Of a stretch of DNA of 64,000 nucleotides, positions 46,216 through 58,814 are shown in pieces. The notes beneath the pieces were generated by a model. That model ran no database searches. It had not been told where the DNA came from and worked only from the letters and a program-made list of their open reading frames with translations. A program made the translations under genes and the position numbers. The stretch is from positions 25,557 to 89,556 of IMG/VR virus record IMGVR_UViG_3300027659_000020. The stretch is one strand, 5' to 3'. The DNA comes from a virus. How positions within the stretch are numbered: position 1 is the stretch's first letter; each line of letters opens with the position of its first letter.

Positions 46216-48351
46216 ATGCGCCAATCTGACCAAAATATAACTGTCAAAGCAATTGGTGTAGGTGCGCGTGGCCCGCAGGGTATACAGGGTATTCAAGGGC
46301 GCCAAGGTATTACTGGTGCCGGAACACAGGGTATCCAAGGACTTCAAGGAATTCAAGGAGCTCAAGGAATTCAGGGCACATTGGGCGCACAAGGTATCCA
46401 GGGCGTGCAAGGCGCGCTGGGCACACAGGGAATTCAGGGTATCCAAGGTGAGCAAGGAATCCAAGGTATCCAGGGTATCCAAGGGATTACCGGTACTCAA
46501 GGCACACAGGGAATTCAGGGTATCCAAGGTGAGCAAGGAATCCAAGGTATCCAGGGTATCCAAGGGATTACCGGTACTCAAGGCACACAGGGAATTCAGG
46601 GTATCCAAGGTGGTCAAGGAATCCAAGGAATTACCGGTACTCAAGGAACGCTAGGTGAACAAGGAATCCAAGGCGCTCAGGGTACTCAAGGCCAGCAAGG
46701 TATTCAAGGCACTCAAGGCCAGCAAGGTATTCAAGGCACTCAAGGTGCAACCGGTCTAGCATTTACTGTTGCTAAGACTTATGTTTCTGTCGCAGCGCTG
46801 GTTGCCGATACATCTCCTACCGGAATTATTGCTGGTCAATTTGCGCTTATTGATTCCGGAAATCTTGAAGATTCGGATAACTCGAAACTTTATCTTTGGG
46901 ACGGCACCTCATATTCTTTTGTTAATGATCTTTCTGGATCTGCTGGCATTCAAGGAATTACCGGTACTCAAGGCACGCAAGGTATTCAGGGTATTCAGGG
47001 TGAGCAAGGTATTCAGGGTATCCAGGGCGAGCAAGGTATCCAGGGCGAGCAAGGTACTCAGGGAACTCAAGGTACTCAGGGAACTCAAGGTATCCAGGGT
47101 GAGCAAGGTATACAGGGTATCCAAGGTTTAACGCCTTTGCTCAATACGCCATTTTTGGCAGGAGATTATTATTTTCAGGCTGTAGGCAGTCTCTACAACG
47201 GCCTCTCATTTGCAGGAATGGCGTGGTCTGCCGGCCAGGTATTATCTGTATGGGCTCCGAATGAAGGCGGTATAGTACAGCACATTTTAATTAGTTCATA
47301 TAATTCTGTAGACGGAACGCTTGTTGCGACTGTTACAGATTCGGCAAATCCTGGATATAAGACACAGGCCGGTGTTTATATTTCTCTCTCAGGACAAACT
47401 GGAGCACAGGGCATTCAAGGCATTCAGGGTATTCAAGGTATTCAAGGGGAGCAAGGAATCCAGGGCACACAAGGAACTCAAGGCACACAGGGTATCCAAG
47501 GTGAGCAAGGTATTCAGGGTATTCAAGGTACTATCCTAAACTTTATTGGAACCTGGTATAGTTCTTCTTTCGTAAAAGACACTATTGCAGTATCTACGGT
47601 GGATGGAAATACTTATATTTCTATTCGATCAACTGAACTTGTTTATACTGATCCGGCCAATGCGTCAGCAGATTGGGTTTTATATGCAACTCGCGGAATT
47701 CAGGGTGTGCAAGGTATTCAAGGAATACAGGGAATTCAGGGCACTCAAGGAACTCAGGGCGAAACAGGTATCCAAGGCATTCAAGGCATTCAAGGTATAA
47801 CTGCCGCAAACGCAAACATTCTTACAAGCGATGAAGCCCCAGCTTATGCTGCCGCTGGCGATCTATGGTGGGATTCGAGCGTGGGTATGCTCCGCATTTA
47901 CTATAATGACGGAACATCCTCACAATGGGTTGATGCTGACCCAGGTTTTACTCCGGTAGTAGGAGTAAATGAAGCAATCGAAATAAGCGCAACTGTAGCA
48001 ACGGGAATAATCAATATTGATATTCTTTTGGGCACATTATATTACTATACTGCTAACTCAAGTGCAAATTGGACATTCAATTTTAGAGGTGCTGGATCAG
48101 AAGCCTCGTTCGATTCAGCAATTGAAACTGGTCGTCGCGTAATAGTAACGATTATGGTAACAAATGGAAGTTCTGCCTTTTATCCGCAAGCAATCACTAT
48201 TGATTCTGTTGCAGTTACTCCAAAATGGTCAGGAGGCGTGACTCCTATTTCGGGCAATTCAAATTCAATAGATTCGTATACTTATACTATTGTTAAGACT
48301 GCCGCCACGCCAACTTATTCTGTATTTGCTTCACAAACCAGATTTGCGTAA
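46216..48351 (+). CDS. collagen-like fibre protein (711 aa)
   Basis: G-X-Q blocks interrupted by globular domains; 81-bp exact tandem repeat at 46421-46582. Confidence 0.85.
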   Translation: MRQSDQNITVKAIGVGARGPQGIQGIQGRQGITGAGTQGIQGLQGIQGAQGIQGTLGAQGIQGVQGALGTQGIQGIQGEQGIQGIQGIQGITGTQGTQGIQGIQGEQGIQGIQGIQGITGTQGTQGIQGIQGGQGIQGITGTQGTLGEQGIQGAQGTQGQQGIQGTQGQQGIQGTQGATGLAFTVAKTYVSVAALVADTSPTGIIAGQFALIDSGNLEDSDNSKLYLWDGTSYSFVNDLSGSAGIQGITGTQGTQGIQGIQGEQGIQGIQGEQGIQGEQGTQGTQGTQGTQGIQGEQGIQGIQGLTPLLNTPFLAGDYYFQAVGSLYNGLSFAGMAWSAGQVLSVWAPNEGGIVQHILISSYNSVDGTLVATVTDSANPGYKTQAGVYISLSGQTGAQGIQGIQGIQGIQGEQGIQGTQGTQGTQGIQGEQGIQGIQGTILNFIGTWYSSSFVKDTIAVSTVDGNTYISIRSTELVYTDPANASADWVLYATRGIQGVQGIQGIQGIQGTQGTQGETGIQGIQGIQGITAANANILTSDEAPAYAAAGDLWWDSSVGMLRIYYNDGTSSQWVDADPGFTPVVGVNEAIEISATVATGIINIDILLGTLYYYTANSSANWTFNFRGAGSEASFDSAIETGRRVIVTIMVTNGSSAFYPQAITIDSVAVTPKWSGGVTPISGNSNSIDSYTYTIVKTAATPTYSVFASQTRFA

Positions 48352-48441
48352 TAGCATATATCTCCACCTTCAATTTCGTTAAGAGTATCACGCAGAATAA
48401 TTCTGCTTTCAGTTATCTATTTTAATAAATACTAAAAACTT

Positions 48442-51400
48442 ATGGCACTAAATTTCCCACAATCACCCTTCGTAGGGCAACAAGTTACTTCAGGTACCAG
48501 AACATGGACATGGAGTGGTAGTCACTGGGCCAATAACACCGTCACCGGTGTTCAAGGCAGCCAGGGTATCCAAGGCACACAAGGCCAACAGGGTATCCAA
48601 GGCCAACAAGGTATCCAAGGTACCCAAGGCGCTCAAGGTACTCAAGGTGCACAAGGACACCAAGGTATTCAAGGCCAACAGGGTATTCAGGGTACTCAGG
48701 GCACACAAGGTACGCAAGGTGCACAAGGACACCAAGGTATTCAAGGTATCCAAGGCCAACAAGGTATCCAAGGCATCCAAGGAACTCAGGGTACTCAAGG
48801 TACTCAAGGCGAACAGGGTATCCAAGGTACTCAAGGTGAGCAAGGTATCCAGGGTATTCAAGGAACTCAAGGCCGCCAGGGTATTCAAGGAACTCAAGGC
48901 ACTCAAGGCACGCAAGGTCAACAGGGTATCCAAGGAACCCAAGGTGCACAGGGACACCAAGGGATCCAAGGCACACAGGGTACTCAGGGAACTCAAGGTG
49001 AGCAGGGTATTCAAGGAACTCAAGGTACTCAAGGCCAACAAGGAATCCAAGGTACTCAAGGCACGCAAGGAACTCAAGGCCAACAAGGCATTCAAGGAAC
49101 TCAAGGCGCTCAAGGCCATCAAGGAATCCAAGGTACACAAGGAACTCAGGGCACGCAAGGCGAGCAAGGAATCCAGGGTATCCAAGGGCAACAAGGAATC
49201 CAAGGTACTCAAGGTACTCAAGGCCAGCAAGGAATTCAAGGCACACAAGGCACACAGGGTGAACAAGGAATCCAAGGTACACAAGGTACTCAGGGCCAAC
49301 AAGGAACCCAAGGCACACAAGGAACCCAAGGCACACAAGGAACCCAAGGCACACAAGGCCAACAAGGTATTCAAGGAACTCAGGGTACTCAAGGCCAGCA
49401 AGGTATCCAAGGAACTCAAGGCACTCAAGGCCAGCAAGGTATCCAAGGCCAACAGGGAATCCAAGGCACTCAAGGAACTCAAGGTGAACAGGGAATCCAA
49501 GGCACGCAAGGAACTCAAGGCCAGCAAGGTATCCAAGGCACTCAGGGAACTCAGGGTACACAAGGCACGCAAGGAACTCAAGGAACTCAAGGCGAACAAG
49601 GTATCCAGGGTATTCAAGGAACTCAAGGTACTCAAGGCACACAAGGAACCCAAGGTACACAAGGAACCCAAGGTACGCAAGGCCAACAAGGTATCCAAGG
49701 TACAACCGGAATGGCCTTTACCGTTGCCAAGACTTATGTCTCTGTCGCTGCACTTATTGCTGATACATCTCCCACTGCAATTGTTGCCGGCCAATTTGCG
49801 CTAATTAACACTAACGATGTTGAAGATCCAGATAATTCTAAACTTTATCTGTGGAACGGCTCATCATATATTTTCGTTAATGACCTTTCTGGAACTGCTG
49901 GTATTCAAGGAATAACCGGCGCTCAAGGTGCACAGGGCACACAGGGAACTCAGGGTACACAAGGAACTCAAGGTACACAAGGTACACAGGGCCAGCAAGG
50001 TATCCAAGGTATCCAAGGTACTCAAGGCACTCAAGGCCAACAAGGTATCCAAGGCACACAAGGTACACAAGGTGAACAAGGAATCCAAGGTACACAAGGT
50101 ACTCAAGGCCAACAAGGTATCCAAGGTACGCAAGGAACTCAAGGCACTCAAGGAACACAAGGTACACAGGGAACACAGGGAACACAAGGTACACAAGGCC
50201 AACAAGGTATTCAAGGCACACAGGGAACCCAAGGCGAACAGGGTATCCAAGGTATTCAAGGCACTCAGGGAACTCAAGGCACACAGGGCCAACAGGGTAT
50301 TCAAGGTACACAAGGTACACAAGGCCAACAAGGTATCCAAGGAATCCAAGGCACACAAGGAACCCAAGGTGAGCAAGGTATCCAAGGCACGCAAGGTACA
50401 CAGGGTCAACAAGGAATCCAAGGTATCCAAGGAACTCAAGGCACTCAAGGCCAACAGGGTATCCAAGGAACTCAAGGCACTCAAGGAACTCAAGGTGAGC
50501 AAGGTATCCAAGGAATCCAGGGGCGCCAAGGTACTCAAGGTACTCAAGGAACGCAAGGTACTCAAGGAACACAGGGCGAGCAAGGTATCCAAGGCATCCA
50601 AGGCCAACAAGGAATCCAAGGTACGCAAGGAACACAGGGCACGCAAGGCACGCAAGGCGAGCAGGGTATTCAAGGTATCCAAGGGCAACAGGGCATCCAA
50701 GGTACTCAAGGAACGCAAGGCACACAGGGAACTCAGGGTGAGCAAGGTATCCAAGGCACCCAAGGTACTCAAGGCACCCAAGGTACTCAAGGTACTCAAG
50801 GTACTCAAGGTACTCAAGGTGAGCAAGGTATCCAAGGCACACAAGGTCGTCAAGGTATCCAAGGGACTCAAGGAACTCAAGGCACCCAAGGTGCTCAAGG
50901 CCAACAGGGAATCCAAGGTACACAAGGCACGCAAGGAACTCAAGGTGAGCAAGGTATCCAAGGAACTCAAGGTACTCAAGGACGCCAAGGCATTCAGGGA
51001 ACGCAAGGCACACAAGGCACACAAGGTGAGCAAGGAATCCAAGGAACTCAAGGTGCACAGGGACATCAAGGTATCCAAGGTACTCAGGGAACTCAGGGAA
51101 CTCAGGGAACTCAAGGTACGCAAGGTACACAAGGAACCCAAGGTACACAAGGAACCCAAGGTACACAAGGAACTCAAGGCCAACAGGGTATTCAAGGAAC
51201 CCAAGGTACTCAAGGAACTCAAGGCCAACAAGGTATCCAAGGAACTCAAGGCACTCAAGGTGAACAGGGTATCCAAGGAACTCAAGGCACACAAGGCACG
51301 CAAGGTACACAGGGTCAACAAGGAATCCAAGGTATCCAAGGCACTCAAGGCACTCAAGGCCAACAAGGAATCCAAGGAACTCAAGGTACGCAAGGAACGC

Positions 51401-54400
51401 AGGGCGAACAAGGCATTCAGGGTATCCAAGGCACGCAAGGCACTCAAGGCCAACAAGGTATCCAAGGCACTCAAGGAACTCAGGGAACTCAAGGTGCCCA
51501 AGGCACGCAAGGCACTCAAGGCCAACAAGGTATCCAAGGTATCCAAGGAATCCAAGGAATCCAAGGTGTGCAAGGCGCCACCGGGCTTGCCTTCACCATT
51601 GCTAAAACTTACGTTTCCGTTGCTGCACTGACAGCAGACACTTCACCAACTGCAATTGTTGCTGGCCAATTTGCGCTAATCAATACGAATGACGTTGAAG
51701 ATGCAGATAATTCTAAGTTGTATCTGTGGAATGGCTCATCGTATATTTTTGTCGATGACTTGTCTGGTTCTGCTGGTATTCAAGGAATCACTGGTGCTCA
51801 AGGCACTCAAGGAACTCAAGGCCAACAAGGCATCCAAGGCCAACAAGGTATCCAAGGAACTCAAGGCACTCAAGGCCAACAAGGTATCCAAGGAACTCAA
51901 GGCACTCAAGGCCAACAAGGTATCCAAGGAACTCAAGGCACTCAAGGCCAACAAGGAATCCAAGGAACTCAAGGCACTCAAGGCACTCAAGGCGAACAGG
52001 GTATCCAAGGAACTCAAGGCACTCAAGGTACTCAAGGTACTCAAGGTACTCAAGGCCAACAAGGTATTCAGGGAATCCAAGGAATCCAAGGTACTCAAGG
52101 TACACAAGGTGAACAGGGTATCCAAGGCACTCAAGGAACTCAAGGCCAACAAGGTATCCAAGGCACACAAGGAACTCAAGGCACACAAGGCCAACAAGGT
52201 ATCCAAGGTACGCAAGGCACACAAGGCACCCAAGGAACTCAAGGCCAACAAGGTATCCAAGGCACGCAAGGCACACAAGGCACACAAGGTGAACAAGGTA
52301 TTCAAGGTATCCAAGGCCAACAAGGAATCCAAGGTACTCAGGGAACTCAAGGTACTCAAGGCACACAAGGTGAACAAGGAATCCAAGGTATCCAAGGCCA
52401 ACAGGGAATCCAAGGGCGCCAAGGAACTCAGGGCACTCAGGGCACTCAAGGTGAACAAGGAACTCAAGGCATCCAAGGTACTCAAGGCACACAAGGTACT
52501 CAAGGTACTCAAGGACGCCAAGGTATTCAAGGCACACAGGGAACCCAAGGTGAGCAAGGTATCCAAGGAACTCAAGGAACTCAAGGCCGCCAAGGAATCC
52601 AAGGTAATCAAGGAACACAGGGCGAACAAGGTATCCAAGGAATCCAAGGCGCTCAAGGTATTCAGGGTATCACTGCTGCAAATGCAAATGTTCTAGTAAG
52701 TGATGAAGCTCCTGCTTATCCTGTCCCAGGTGATCTATGGTGGGATACCGTCGAAGGTATGCTTCGCATTTACTATTCTGACGGTGATTCCGCACAGTGG
52801 ATCGACACTGTTCCTGGTTCTGTCCAAGGTATCCAAGGTATTACTGGTATTCAAGGAACACAAGGAACACAAGGAACTCAAGGACGCCAAGGAATCCAAG
52901 GTGCAACTGGTCTAGCATTTACTATTGCCAAGACTTACGTTTCTGTTGCTGCACTGACAGCAGATACTTCACCAACTGTAATTGTTTCTGGTCAATTTGC
53001 ATTGATCGATACTGCAAATGTGGAGGATCCAGATAATTCTAAGCTGTACCTATGGAACGGTTCATCGTATGTTTTTGTTAGCGACTTGTCTGGTTCTGCT
53101 GGTATTCAAGGTATTACTGGATCACAGGGTATCCAAGGCACACAAGGCACACAAGGCACACAAGGCACACAAGGCACACAAGGCACTCAGGGTACTCAAG
53201 GACGCCAGGGAATCCAAGGTATTCAAGGTGAGCAAGGAACTCAAGGTACTCAAGGTACTCAAGGACGCCAAGGAATCCAAGGAACTCAAGGTACACAAGG
53301 CGAGCAAGGCATCCAAGGTAATCAAGGAACTCAAGGCCAACAAGGTACTCAAGGACGCCAAGGAACTCAAGGTGAGCAAGGTGTTCAAGGTGAACAAGGA
53401 ACCCAGGGTATCCAAGGAACTCAAGGTACACAAGGACGCCAAGGAACTCAAGGCACACAAGGTCAACAAGGCATTACCGGATCGCAAGGCGCGCAAGGTA
53501 CTCAAGGTACGCAAGGTACTCAAGGCACGCAGGGTGAACAAGGTATCCAAGGTACTCAAGGAACTCAAGGCCGCCAGGGAATCACTGGATCTCAAGGAAC
53601 TCAAGGAACTCAAGGTCAACAAGGCATTACCGGATCGCAAGGAACTCAAGGTACGCAAGGCCAACAAGGAATCCAAGGTATTACTGGTGCTCAAGGAACT
53701 CAAGGAACTCAAGGCACCCAAGGAACTCAAGGCACTCAAGGCCAACAAGGAATCCAAGGTATTACTGGTGCTCAAGGCACTCAAGGTACTCAAGGCACTC
53801 AAGGTACTCAAGGTACGCAAGGCCAACAGGGTATCCAAGGCACTCAGGGAACTCAAGGCACTCAAGGCCAACAAGGAATCCAGGGTATTACTGGTAGCCA
53901 AGGCACACTCGGTACTCAAGGTACGCAGGGAACTCAAGGTACTCAAGGCCAACAAGGAATCCAGGGTATTCAAGGAACTCAAGGACGCCAAGGAATCCAA
54001 GGTATAACGGGTCTGGCATTTACAATTGGTAAAACATATGCATCTGTTGCTGCACTAACAGCAGATACTTCACCAACTGTAATTGTTGCCGGCCAATTTG
54101 CGCTGATTGATACTGGAAATGTTCAAGATGCAGATAATTCTAAGCTGTACCTATGGAATGGTTCAACCTATACCTTCATCAATGACCTTTCTGGAACCGC
54201 TGGAATCCAAGGTAATACTGGTGCCACAGGAAATACGGGAAATACTGGATCCCAAGGTACTCAAGGTACTCAAGGTCAACAAGGTATAACTGGTAATACT
54301 GGAAATACGGGTAATACTGGATCCCAAGGTACACAAGGAACCCAAGGCCAACAAGGTATTACTGGTAACCAAGGTACACAAGGAACCCAAGGACAACAAG

Positions 54401-56406
54401 GTATTACTGGTAACCAAGGTAACCAAGGTACACAGGGCCAACAAGGTATTACTGGATCTCAAGGCGCGCAAGGTCAACAAGGTATTACTGGTAATACTGG
54501 TGCACAAGGTACACAAGGCCAACAAGGAACACAGGGAACACAGGGCCAACTCGGTACTCAAGGTACTCAAGGTACTCAAGGTCAACAAGGTATTACTGGA
54601 TCCCAAGGTACTCAAGGTACTCAAGGTCAACAAGGTATTACTGGATCTCAAGGCACACTAGGTACTCAAGGAACACAGGGACGCCAGGGTACTCAAGGCG
54701 AGCAAGGTATCCAAGGAATCCAAGGGCGCCAAGGTATCCAAGGTAATACCGGTACTACCGGTAATACTGGTAATACTGGATCTCAAGGCACTCAAGGTCA
54801 ACAAGGTATCACTGGAAATACGGGTAATACCGGAACTACCGGTACTACAGGTAATACTGGATCTCAAGGCACTCAAGGTCAACAAGGTATCCAAGGTAAT
54901 ACAGGAAATACTGGAACTACAGGAACTACAGGAAATACTGGATCTCAAGGTACTCAAGGCACTCAAGGCCAATACGGTATTACAGGTAATACAGGATCTC
55001 AAGGTACACAAGGTCAACAAGGAATCCAAGGAATCCAAGGGCGCCAAGGTATCCAAGGTAATACTGGTACTACAGGTAATACTGGAAATACTGGATCTCA
55101 AGGTACTCAAGGCACTCAAGGCCAATACGGTATTACAGGTAATACTGGATCTCAAGGCACTCAAGGTCAACAAGGTATCACTGGCAATACTGGAAATACT
55201 GGAACTACTGGTAATACTGGATCTCAAGGTACTCAGGGTACAATTGGTACTACTGGAACTACTGGAACTACAGGTAATACAGGATCTCAAGGTACACAAG
55301 GTCAACAAGGAATCCAAGGAATCCAAGGGCGCCAAGGTATCCAAGGTAATACTGGTACTACAGGTAATACTGGATCTCAAGGCACAATTGGTACTACAGG
55401 TAATACTGGATCCCAAGGCACAATTGGTACTACAGGTAATACTGGATCTCAAGGCACTCAAGGTCAACAAGGTATCACTGGTAATACTGGTAATACTGGT
55501 AATACTGGAAATACTGGTAATACTGGATCTCAAGGCACTCAGGGTACAATTGGTACTACTGGAACTACAGGTAATACAGGATCTCAAGGTACACAAGGTC
55601 AACAAGGAATCCAAGGAATCCAAGGGCGCCAAGGTATCACAGGTAATACTGGAAATACTGGAACTACTGGTAATACTGGATCTCAAGGCACTCAGGGTAC
55701 AATTGGTACTACAGGTAATACTGGAAATACTGGAACTACTGGTAATACTGGATCTCAAGGTACTCAAGGCACACTTGGTACTACAGGTAATACAGGAACT
55801 ACTGGTAATACTGGATCTCAAGGTACTCAAGGCACACTTGGTACTACAGGTAATACAGGAACTACTGGTGCTGCTGGACCTTCGACATCAGTAAATTCCG
55901 CTGCTAATACTACATCCACCGTACTGTATCCTGTGATGGTTACTACTACTGGAAGTAATGCAACTCCATATTCGACCACGACCGCTGGATACTTCTCGTT
56001 CAATGCAACTAACGGTGGATTGCAAGTAGCCTCGCTAGGTATCGGTACCGCTCCTTCTGGTACCGCTGGCGAAATTCGCGCAACCAACAACATCACTGCT
56101 TATTACTCTGATGAGCGCCTCAAGACACGTATCGGAAAAATCGATGATCCTATTGCCAAGGTTCAGTCGCTATCCGGATTCTACTTCGTTCCAAATGACA
56201 CCGCGATTGCTCTAGGATATGAAAAGAAGATTGATGTCGGTGTCTCTGCTCAGGAAGTTGAGGCAATACTGCCAGAAATTATCGCTCCAGCGCCAATTGA
56301 CTCGAAGTATATGACTGTTCGCTACGAAAAGCTTGTGCCTCTGCTGATTGAAGCAATCAAGGTACTTGCCGATCGCGTCAATGAGCTAGAAAATCGTGCT
56401 AAGTAA
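48442..56406 (+). CDS. giant collagen-like fibre (2654 aa) with S74 chaperone
   Basis: Uninterrupted ORF of G-X-Q then G-(N/T)-T triplets, five inserted domains, YYSDERLK C-terminal chaperone; AATAAATA at 48424. Confidence 0.85.
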   Translation: MALNFPQSPFVGQQVTSGTRTWTWSGSHWANNTVTGVQGSQGIQGTQGQQGIQGQQGIQGTQGAQGTQGAQGHQGIQGQQGIQGTQGTQGTQGAQGHQGIQGIQGQQGIQGIQGTQGTQGTQGEQGIQGTQGEQGIQGIQGTQGRQGIQGTQGTQGTQGQQGIQGTQGAQGHQGIQGTQGTQGTQGEQGIQGTQGTQGQQGIQGTQGTQGTQGQQGIQGTQGAQGHQGIQGTQGTQGTQGEQGIQGIQGQQGIQGTQGTQGQQGIQGTQGTQGEQGIQGTQGTQGQQGTQGTQGTQGTQGTQGTQGQQGIQGTQGTQGQQGIQGTQGTQGQQGIQGQQGIQGTQGTQGEQGIQGTQGTQGQQGIQGTQGTQGTQGTQGTQGTQGEQGIQGIQGTQGTQGTQGTQGTQGTQGTQGQQGIQGTTGMAFTVAKTYVSVAALIADTSPTAIVAGQFALINTNDVEDPDNSKLYLWNGSSYIFVNDLSGTAGIQGITGAQGAQGTQGTQGTQGTQGTQGTQGQQGIQGIQGTQGTQGQQGIQGTQGTQGEQGIQGTQGTQGQQGIQGTQGTQGTQGTQGTQGTQGTQGTQGQQGIQGTQGTQGEQGIQGIQGTQGTQGTQGQQGIQGTQGTQGQQGIQGIQGTQGTQGEQGIQGTQGTQGQQGIQGIQGTQGTQGQQGIQGTQGTQGTQGEQGIQGIQGRQGTQGTQGTQGTQGTQGEQGIQGIQGQQGIQGTQGTQGTQGTQGEQGIQGIQGQQGIQGTQGTQGTQGTQGEQGIQGTQGTQGTQGTQGTQGTQGTQGEQGIQGTQGRQGIQGTQGTQGTQGAQGQQGIQGTQGTQGTQGEQGIQGTQGTQGRQGIQGTQGTQGTQGEQGIQGTQGAQGHQGIQGTQGTQGTQGTQGTQGTQGTQGTQGTQGTQGTQGQQGIQGTQGTQGTQGQQGIQGTQGTQGEQGIQGTQGTQGTQGTQGQQGIQGIQGTQGTQGQQGIQGTQGTQGTQGEQGIQGIQGTQGTQGQQGIQGTQGTQGTQGAQGTQGTQGQQGIQGIQGIQGIQGVQGATGLAFTIAKTYVSVAALTADTSPTAIVAGQFALINTNDVEDADNSKLYLWNGSSYIFVDDLSGSAGIQGITGAQGTQGTQGQQGIQGQQGIQGTQGTQGQQGIQGTQGTQGQQGIQGTQGTQGQQGIQGTQGTQGTQGEQGIQGTQGTQGTQGTQGTQGQQGIQGIQGIQGTQGTQGEQGIQGTQGTQGQQGIQGTQGTQGTQGQQGIQGTQGTQGTQGTQGQQGIQGTQGTQGTQGEQGIQGIQGQQGIQGTQGTQGTQGTQGEQGIQGIQGQQGIQGRQGTQGTQGTQGEQGTQGIQGTQGTQGTQGTQGRQGIQGTQGTQGEQGIQGTQGTQGRQGIQGNQGTQGEQGIQGIQGAQGIQGITAANANVLVSDEAPAYPVPGDLWWDTVEGMLRIYYSDGDSAQWIDTVPGSVQGIQGITGIQGTQGTQGTQGRQGIQGATGLAFTIAKTYVSVAALTADTSPTVIVSGQFALIDTANVEDPDNSKLYLWNGSSYVFVSDLSGSAGIQGITGSQGIQGTQGTQGTQGTQGTQGTQGTQGRQGIQGIQGEQGTQGTQGTQGRQGIQGTQGTQGEQGIQGNQGTQGQQGTQGRQGTQGEQGVQGEQGTQGIQGTQGTQGRQGTQGTQGQQGITGSQGAQGTQGTQGTQGTQGEQGIQGTQGTQGRQGITGSQGTQGTQGQQGITGSQGTQGTQGQQGIQGITGAQGTQGTQGTQGTQGTQGQQGIQGITGAQGTQGTQGTQGTQGTQGQQGIQGTQGTQGTQGQQGIQGITGSQGTLGTQGTQGTQGTQGQQGIQGIQGTQGRQGIQGITGLAFTIGKTYASVAALTADTSPTVIVAGQFALIDTGNVQDADNSKLYLWNGSTYTFINDLSGTAGIQGNTGATGNTGNTGSQGTQGTQGQQGITGNTGNTGNTGSQGTQGTQGQQGITGNQGTQGTQGQQGITGNQGNQGTQGQQGITGSQGAQGQQGITGNTGAQGTQGQQGTQGTQGQLGTQGTQGTQGQQGITGSQGTQGTQGQQGITGSQGTLGTQGTQGRQGTQGEQGIQGIQGRQGIQGNTGTTGNTGNTGSQGTQGQQGITGNTGNTGTTGTTGNTGSQGTQGQQGIQGNTGNTGTTGTTGNTGSQGTQGTQGQYGITGNTGSQGTQGQQGIQGIQGRQGIQGNTGTTGNTGNTGSQGTQGTQGQYGITGNTGSQGTQGQQGITGNTGNTGTTGNTGSQGTQGTIGTTGTTGTTGNTGSQGTQGQQGIQGIQGRQGIQGNTGTTGNTGSQGTIGTTGNTGSQGTIGTTGNTGSQGTQGQQGITGNTGNTGNTGNTGNTGSQGTQGTIGTTGTTGNTGSQGTQGQQGIQGIQGRQGITGNTGNTGTTGNTGSQGTQGTIGTTGNTGNTGTTGNTGSQGTQGTLGTTGNTGTTGNTGSQGTQGTLGTTGNTGTTGAAGPSTSVNSAANTTSTVLYPVMVTTTGSNATPYSTTTAGYFSFNATNGGLQVASLGIGTAPSGTAGEIRATNNITAYYSDERLKTRIGKIDDPIAKVQSLSGFYFVPNDTAIALGYEKKIDVGVSAQEVEAILPEIIAPAPIDSKYMTVRYEKLVPLLIEAIKVLADRVNELENRAK

Positions 56407-56422
56407 TTAGCGCCGATTGACA

Positions 56423-56457
56423 TAGTGCTCAGGCGGCATAAATATGCCTGAGCACTA
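56423..56457 (+). promoter_or_regulatory. 12-bp hairpin with late-promoter variant CATAAATA in its loop
   Basis: TAGTGCTCAGGC-ggcataaatat-GCCTGAGCACTA, ending 7 nt before ATG 56465. Confidence 0.7.
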
Positions 56458-56464
56458 ATATATT

Positions 56465-57703
56465 ATGTCTACCTCACCTTCACTGATCACGCGGAGTATC
56501 CAAGTTATTGGCGATGTCACCGCAGTCAAATACTACGGTGACGGTAGCGCCTTAACGGGAATTACGGGTGGGGGCGGAGGTACTGGAACTCAAGGTACAC
56601 AAGGAACGCAAGGCCAGCAAGGAATCCAGGGCCAGCAAGGTATTACTGGTAACCAAGGGATACAAGGGCAGCAAGGAATTACTGGATCTGGTGCACAGGG
56701 TACTCAAGGCCGACAAGGTATTACCGGAACTCAAGGCACTCAAGGTAATACTGGTGCCGGCACACAAGGCACTCAGGGCCAACAGGGCATCACTGGATCT
56801 CAAGGCATCACTGGATCTCAAGGCACTCAGGGTAATACTGGATCTCAAGGCACACAAGGCACTCAAGGCCAACAAGGAATTACTGGTGCTGGAACTCAAG
56901 GTATTACCGGATCTCAGGGTATTCAAGGTAGCACTGGTGCTGGAGCTCAAGGAATCCAGGGTGTTCAAGGAGCTCAAGGAATCCAGGGTGTTCAAGGAGT
57001 CAAAGGCACAAAGGTTACTGCTGCTGCTTCACCACCTGCTTCTCCTTCCGTTAATGACTTTTGGTGGAATTCAGATTATGGCGTGCTGATGGTTTATTAC
57101 GACGATGGAGATTCTCAGCAATGGGTATCTGCTATGTCTGGAATCACCGGAATACAAGGAACTGCTGGATCTAGTGGTAGTTCAGCATCTATTGATTCCA
57201 CAAACGATGTATCTTCTAATTCTACATTTTATCCAGTAATCGTTGCAGGTAGCGGCGCTCAAACCGCTAAAATAAGTAATACTAAATTTACATTTAATCC
57301 ATCGACCGGAGATTTAGCTGCAGCCGGAAATGTGACTGCTTACTTTTCTGATGATCGTCTAAAAGATAAGCAAGGCAATATCACTAATGCTTTGGAAAAA
57401 GTTAATAAACTAAACGGATTCTACTTTATTCCGAACGATACAGCAGCTAAATTGGGATATGCTAAAAGAATGGATGTGGGCATCTCTGCTCAGGAGGCAG
57501 AGATGGTATTGCCCGAAGTTGTTGTTCCAGCGCAATCTAATTCAGAATATCTTACAGTTAGGTACGAGCGCTTAATTCCATTGCTGATTGAATCTATCAA
57601 AGAAATAACTTTAGATCGCAATTATATGCTAGTTCAAATAGAATGCATTAAAGAGCACGTTAAAGCGCTGCAGCAACGCATAATTGATCTTACCGATAAA
57701 TAG
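56465..57703 (+). CDS. collagen-like fibre with S74 chaperone
   Basis: GxQ repeats; FSDDRLK...VRYERLIPLLIE. Confidence 0.85.
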   Translation: MSTSPSLITRSIQVIGDVTAVKYYGDGSALTGITGGGGGTGTQGTQGTQGQQGIQGQQGITGNQGIQGQQGITGSGAQGTQGRQGITGTQGTQGNTGAGTQGTQGQQGITGSQGITGSQGTQGNTGSQGTQGTQGQQGITGAGTQGITGSQGIQGSTGAGAQGIQGVQGAQGIQGVQGVKGTKVTAAASPPASPSVNDFWWNSDYGVLMVYYDDGDSQQWVSAMSGITGIQGTAGSSGSSASIDSTNDVSSNSTFYPVIVAGSGAQTAKISNTKFTFNPSTGDLAAAGNVTAYFSDDRLKDKQGNITNALEKVNKLNGFYFIPNDTAAKLGYAKRMDVGISAQEAEMVLPEVVVPAQSNSEYLTVRYERLIPLLIESIKEITLDRNYMLVQIECIKEHVKALQQRIIDLTDK

Positions 57704-57708
57704 AATCT

Positions 57709-58809
57709 ATGGCACTTAATTTTCCATCAGGTCCAGCGACTAACGAGATATACACTTCTGGTGGAAAAAGCTGGCAATGGACTGGCGCGTTTTGGAATGC
57801 TGTCAATCAGGGTATCCAAGGTGTGCAGGGTATCACCGGCGCTGGAGCACAAGGCATTCAAGGCCACCAAGGAATTACAGGTGCTCAGGGAACTCAAGGT
57901 CAACAAGGTATCACTGGCACTGGAGCCCAAGGCACTCAAGGCCAACAAGGTATTACTGGTAATCAAGGCACTATTGGTGCTCAGGGCACTCAAGGCCAAC
58001 AAGGCACTACTGGTACTCAGGGTACTCAAGGCCAACAAGGTATCCAAGGCACGTTAGGCCAACAAGGAATCACTGGATCCGGAACGCAAGGCACTCAAGG
58101 TCAGCAAGGTATTACTGGTAACCAAGGTATCCAGGGCGTTCAAGGTATAAAAGGCACTAAAGTAAGCTCATCAGAAACTGCACCTACTAGTCCATCGGTA
58201 AATGATTTTTGGTGGGATTCGGGAAATGGCGTGCTGATGGTTTATTATGATGATGGAAATTCCCAGCAATGGGTATCTGCTATGTCTGGAATCACCGGAA
58301 TACAAGGAACTGCTGGAGCAAGTACCGCTTCATCTATTGATACTGCCCTCGACACGGTTTCTAGTTCTGATTTTTATCCAGTAATTGTTGCAGGAGCAGG
58401 TACGCAGCTTGCTAAAACTTGTACTAAATTTACATTTAATCCATCGACCGGAGATTTCGGTACAACTGGAAATGTGACAGCTTACTTTTCCGATGATCGG
58501 CTAAAAGATCGTCAGGGCAACATTACAGATGCAATGAATAAGGTTGATACTCTAAATGGATTCTACTTTATTCCCAATGAAAAAGCTCAAAGCCTGGGGT
58601 ATCGTAAGAAATTAGAGATAGGAGTATCTGCTCAGGAAGTTGAAGCTATTCTGCCCGAGATTATTACTCAAGCTCCAATTGATGCAAACTATAAGACAGT
58701 ATATTATGATCGATTGATTCCATTGCTCATTGAGGCACTTAAAGAGCAGAATGTGGTTATTCGGCAGATCAAAGAAAAATTGATTGAGCTAGATAATAAG
58801 TGTAAATAG
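57709..58809 (+). CDS. collagen-like fibre with S74 chaperone
   Basis: MALNFP N-terminus, GxQ repeats, FSDDRLK. Confidence 0.85.
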   Translation: MALNFPSGPATNEIYTSGGKSWQWTGAFWNAVNQGIQGVQGITGAGAQGIQGHQGITGAQGTQGQQGITGTGAQGTQGQQGITGNQGTIGAQGTQGQQGTTGTQGTQGQQGIQGTLGQQGITGSGTQGTQGQQGITGNQGIQGVQGIKGTKVSSSETAPTSPSVNDFWWDSGNGVLMVYYDDGNSQQWVSAMSGITGIQGTAGASTASSIDTALDTVSSSDFYPVIVAGAGTQLAKTCTKFTFNPSTGDFGTTGNVTAYFSDDRLKDRQGNITDAMNKVDTLNGFYFIPNEKAQSLGYRKKLEIGVSAQEVEAILPEIITQAPIDANYKTVYYDRLIPLLIEALKEQNVVIRQIKEKLIELDNKCK

Positions 58810-58814
58810 AAAAA

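Noticed and set aside
48547-55880. Possible CRISPR array or satellite DNA
   Set aside because: 9-bp periodicity with synonymous third-position variation inside one ORF; no unique spacers.
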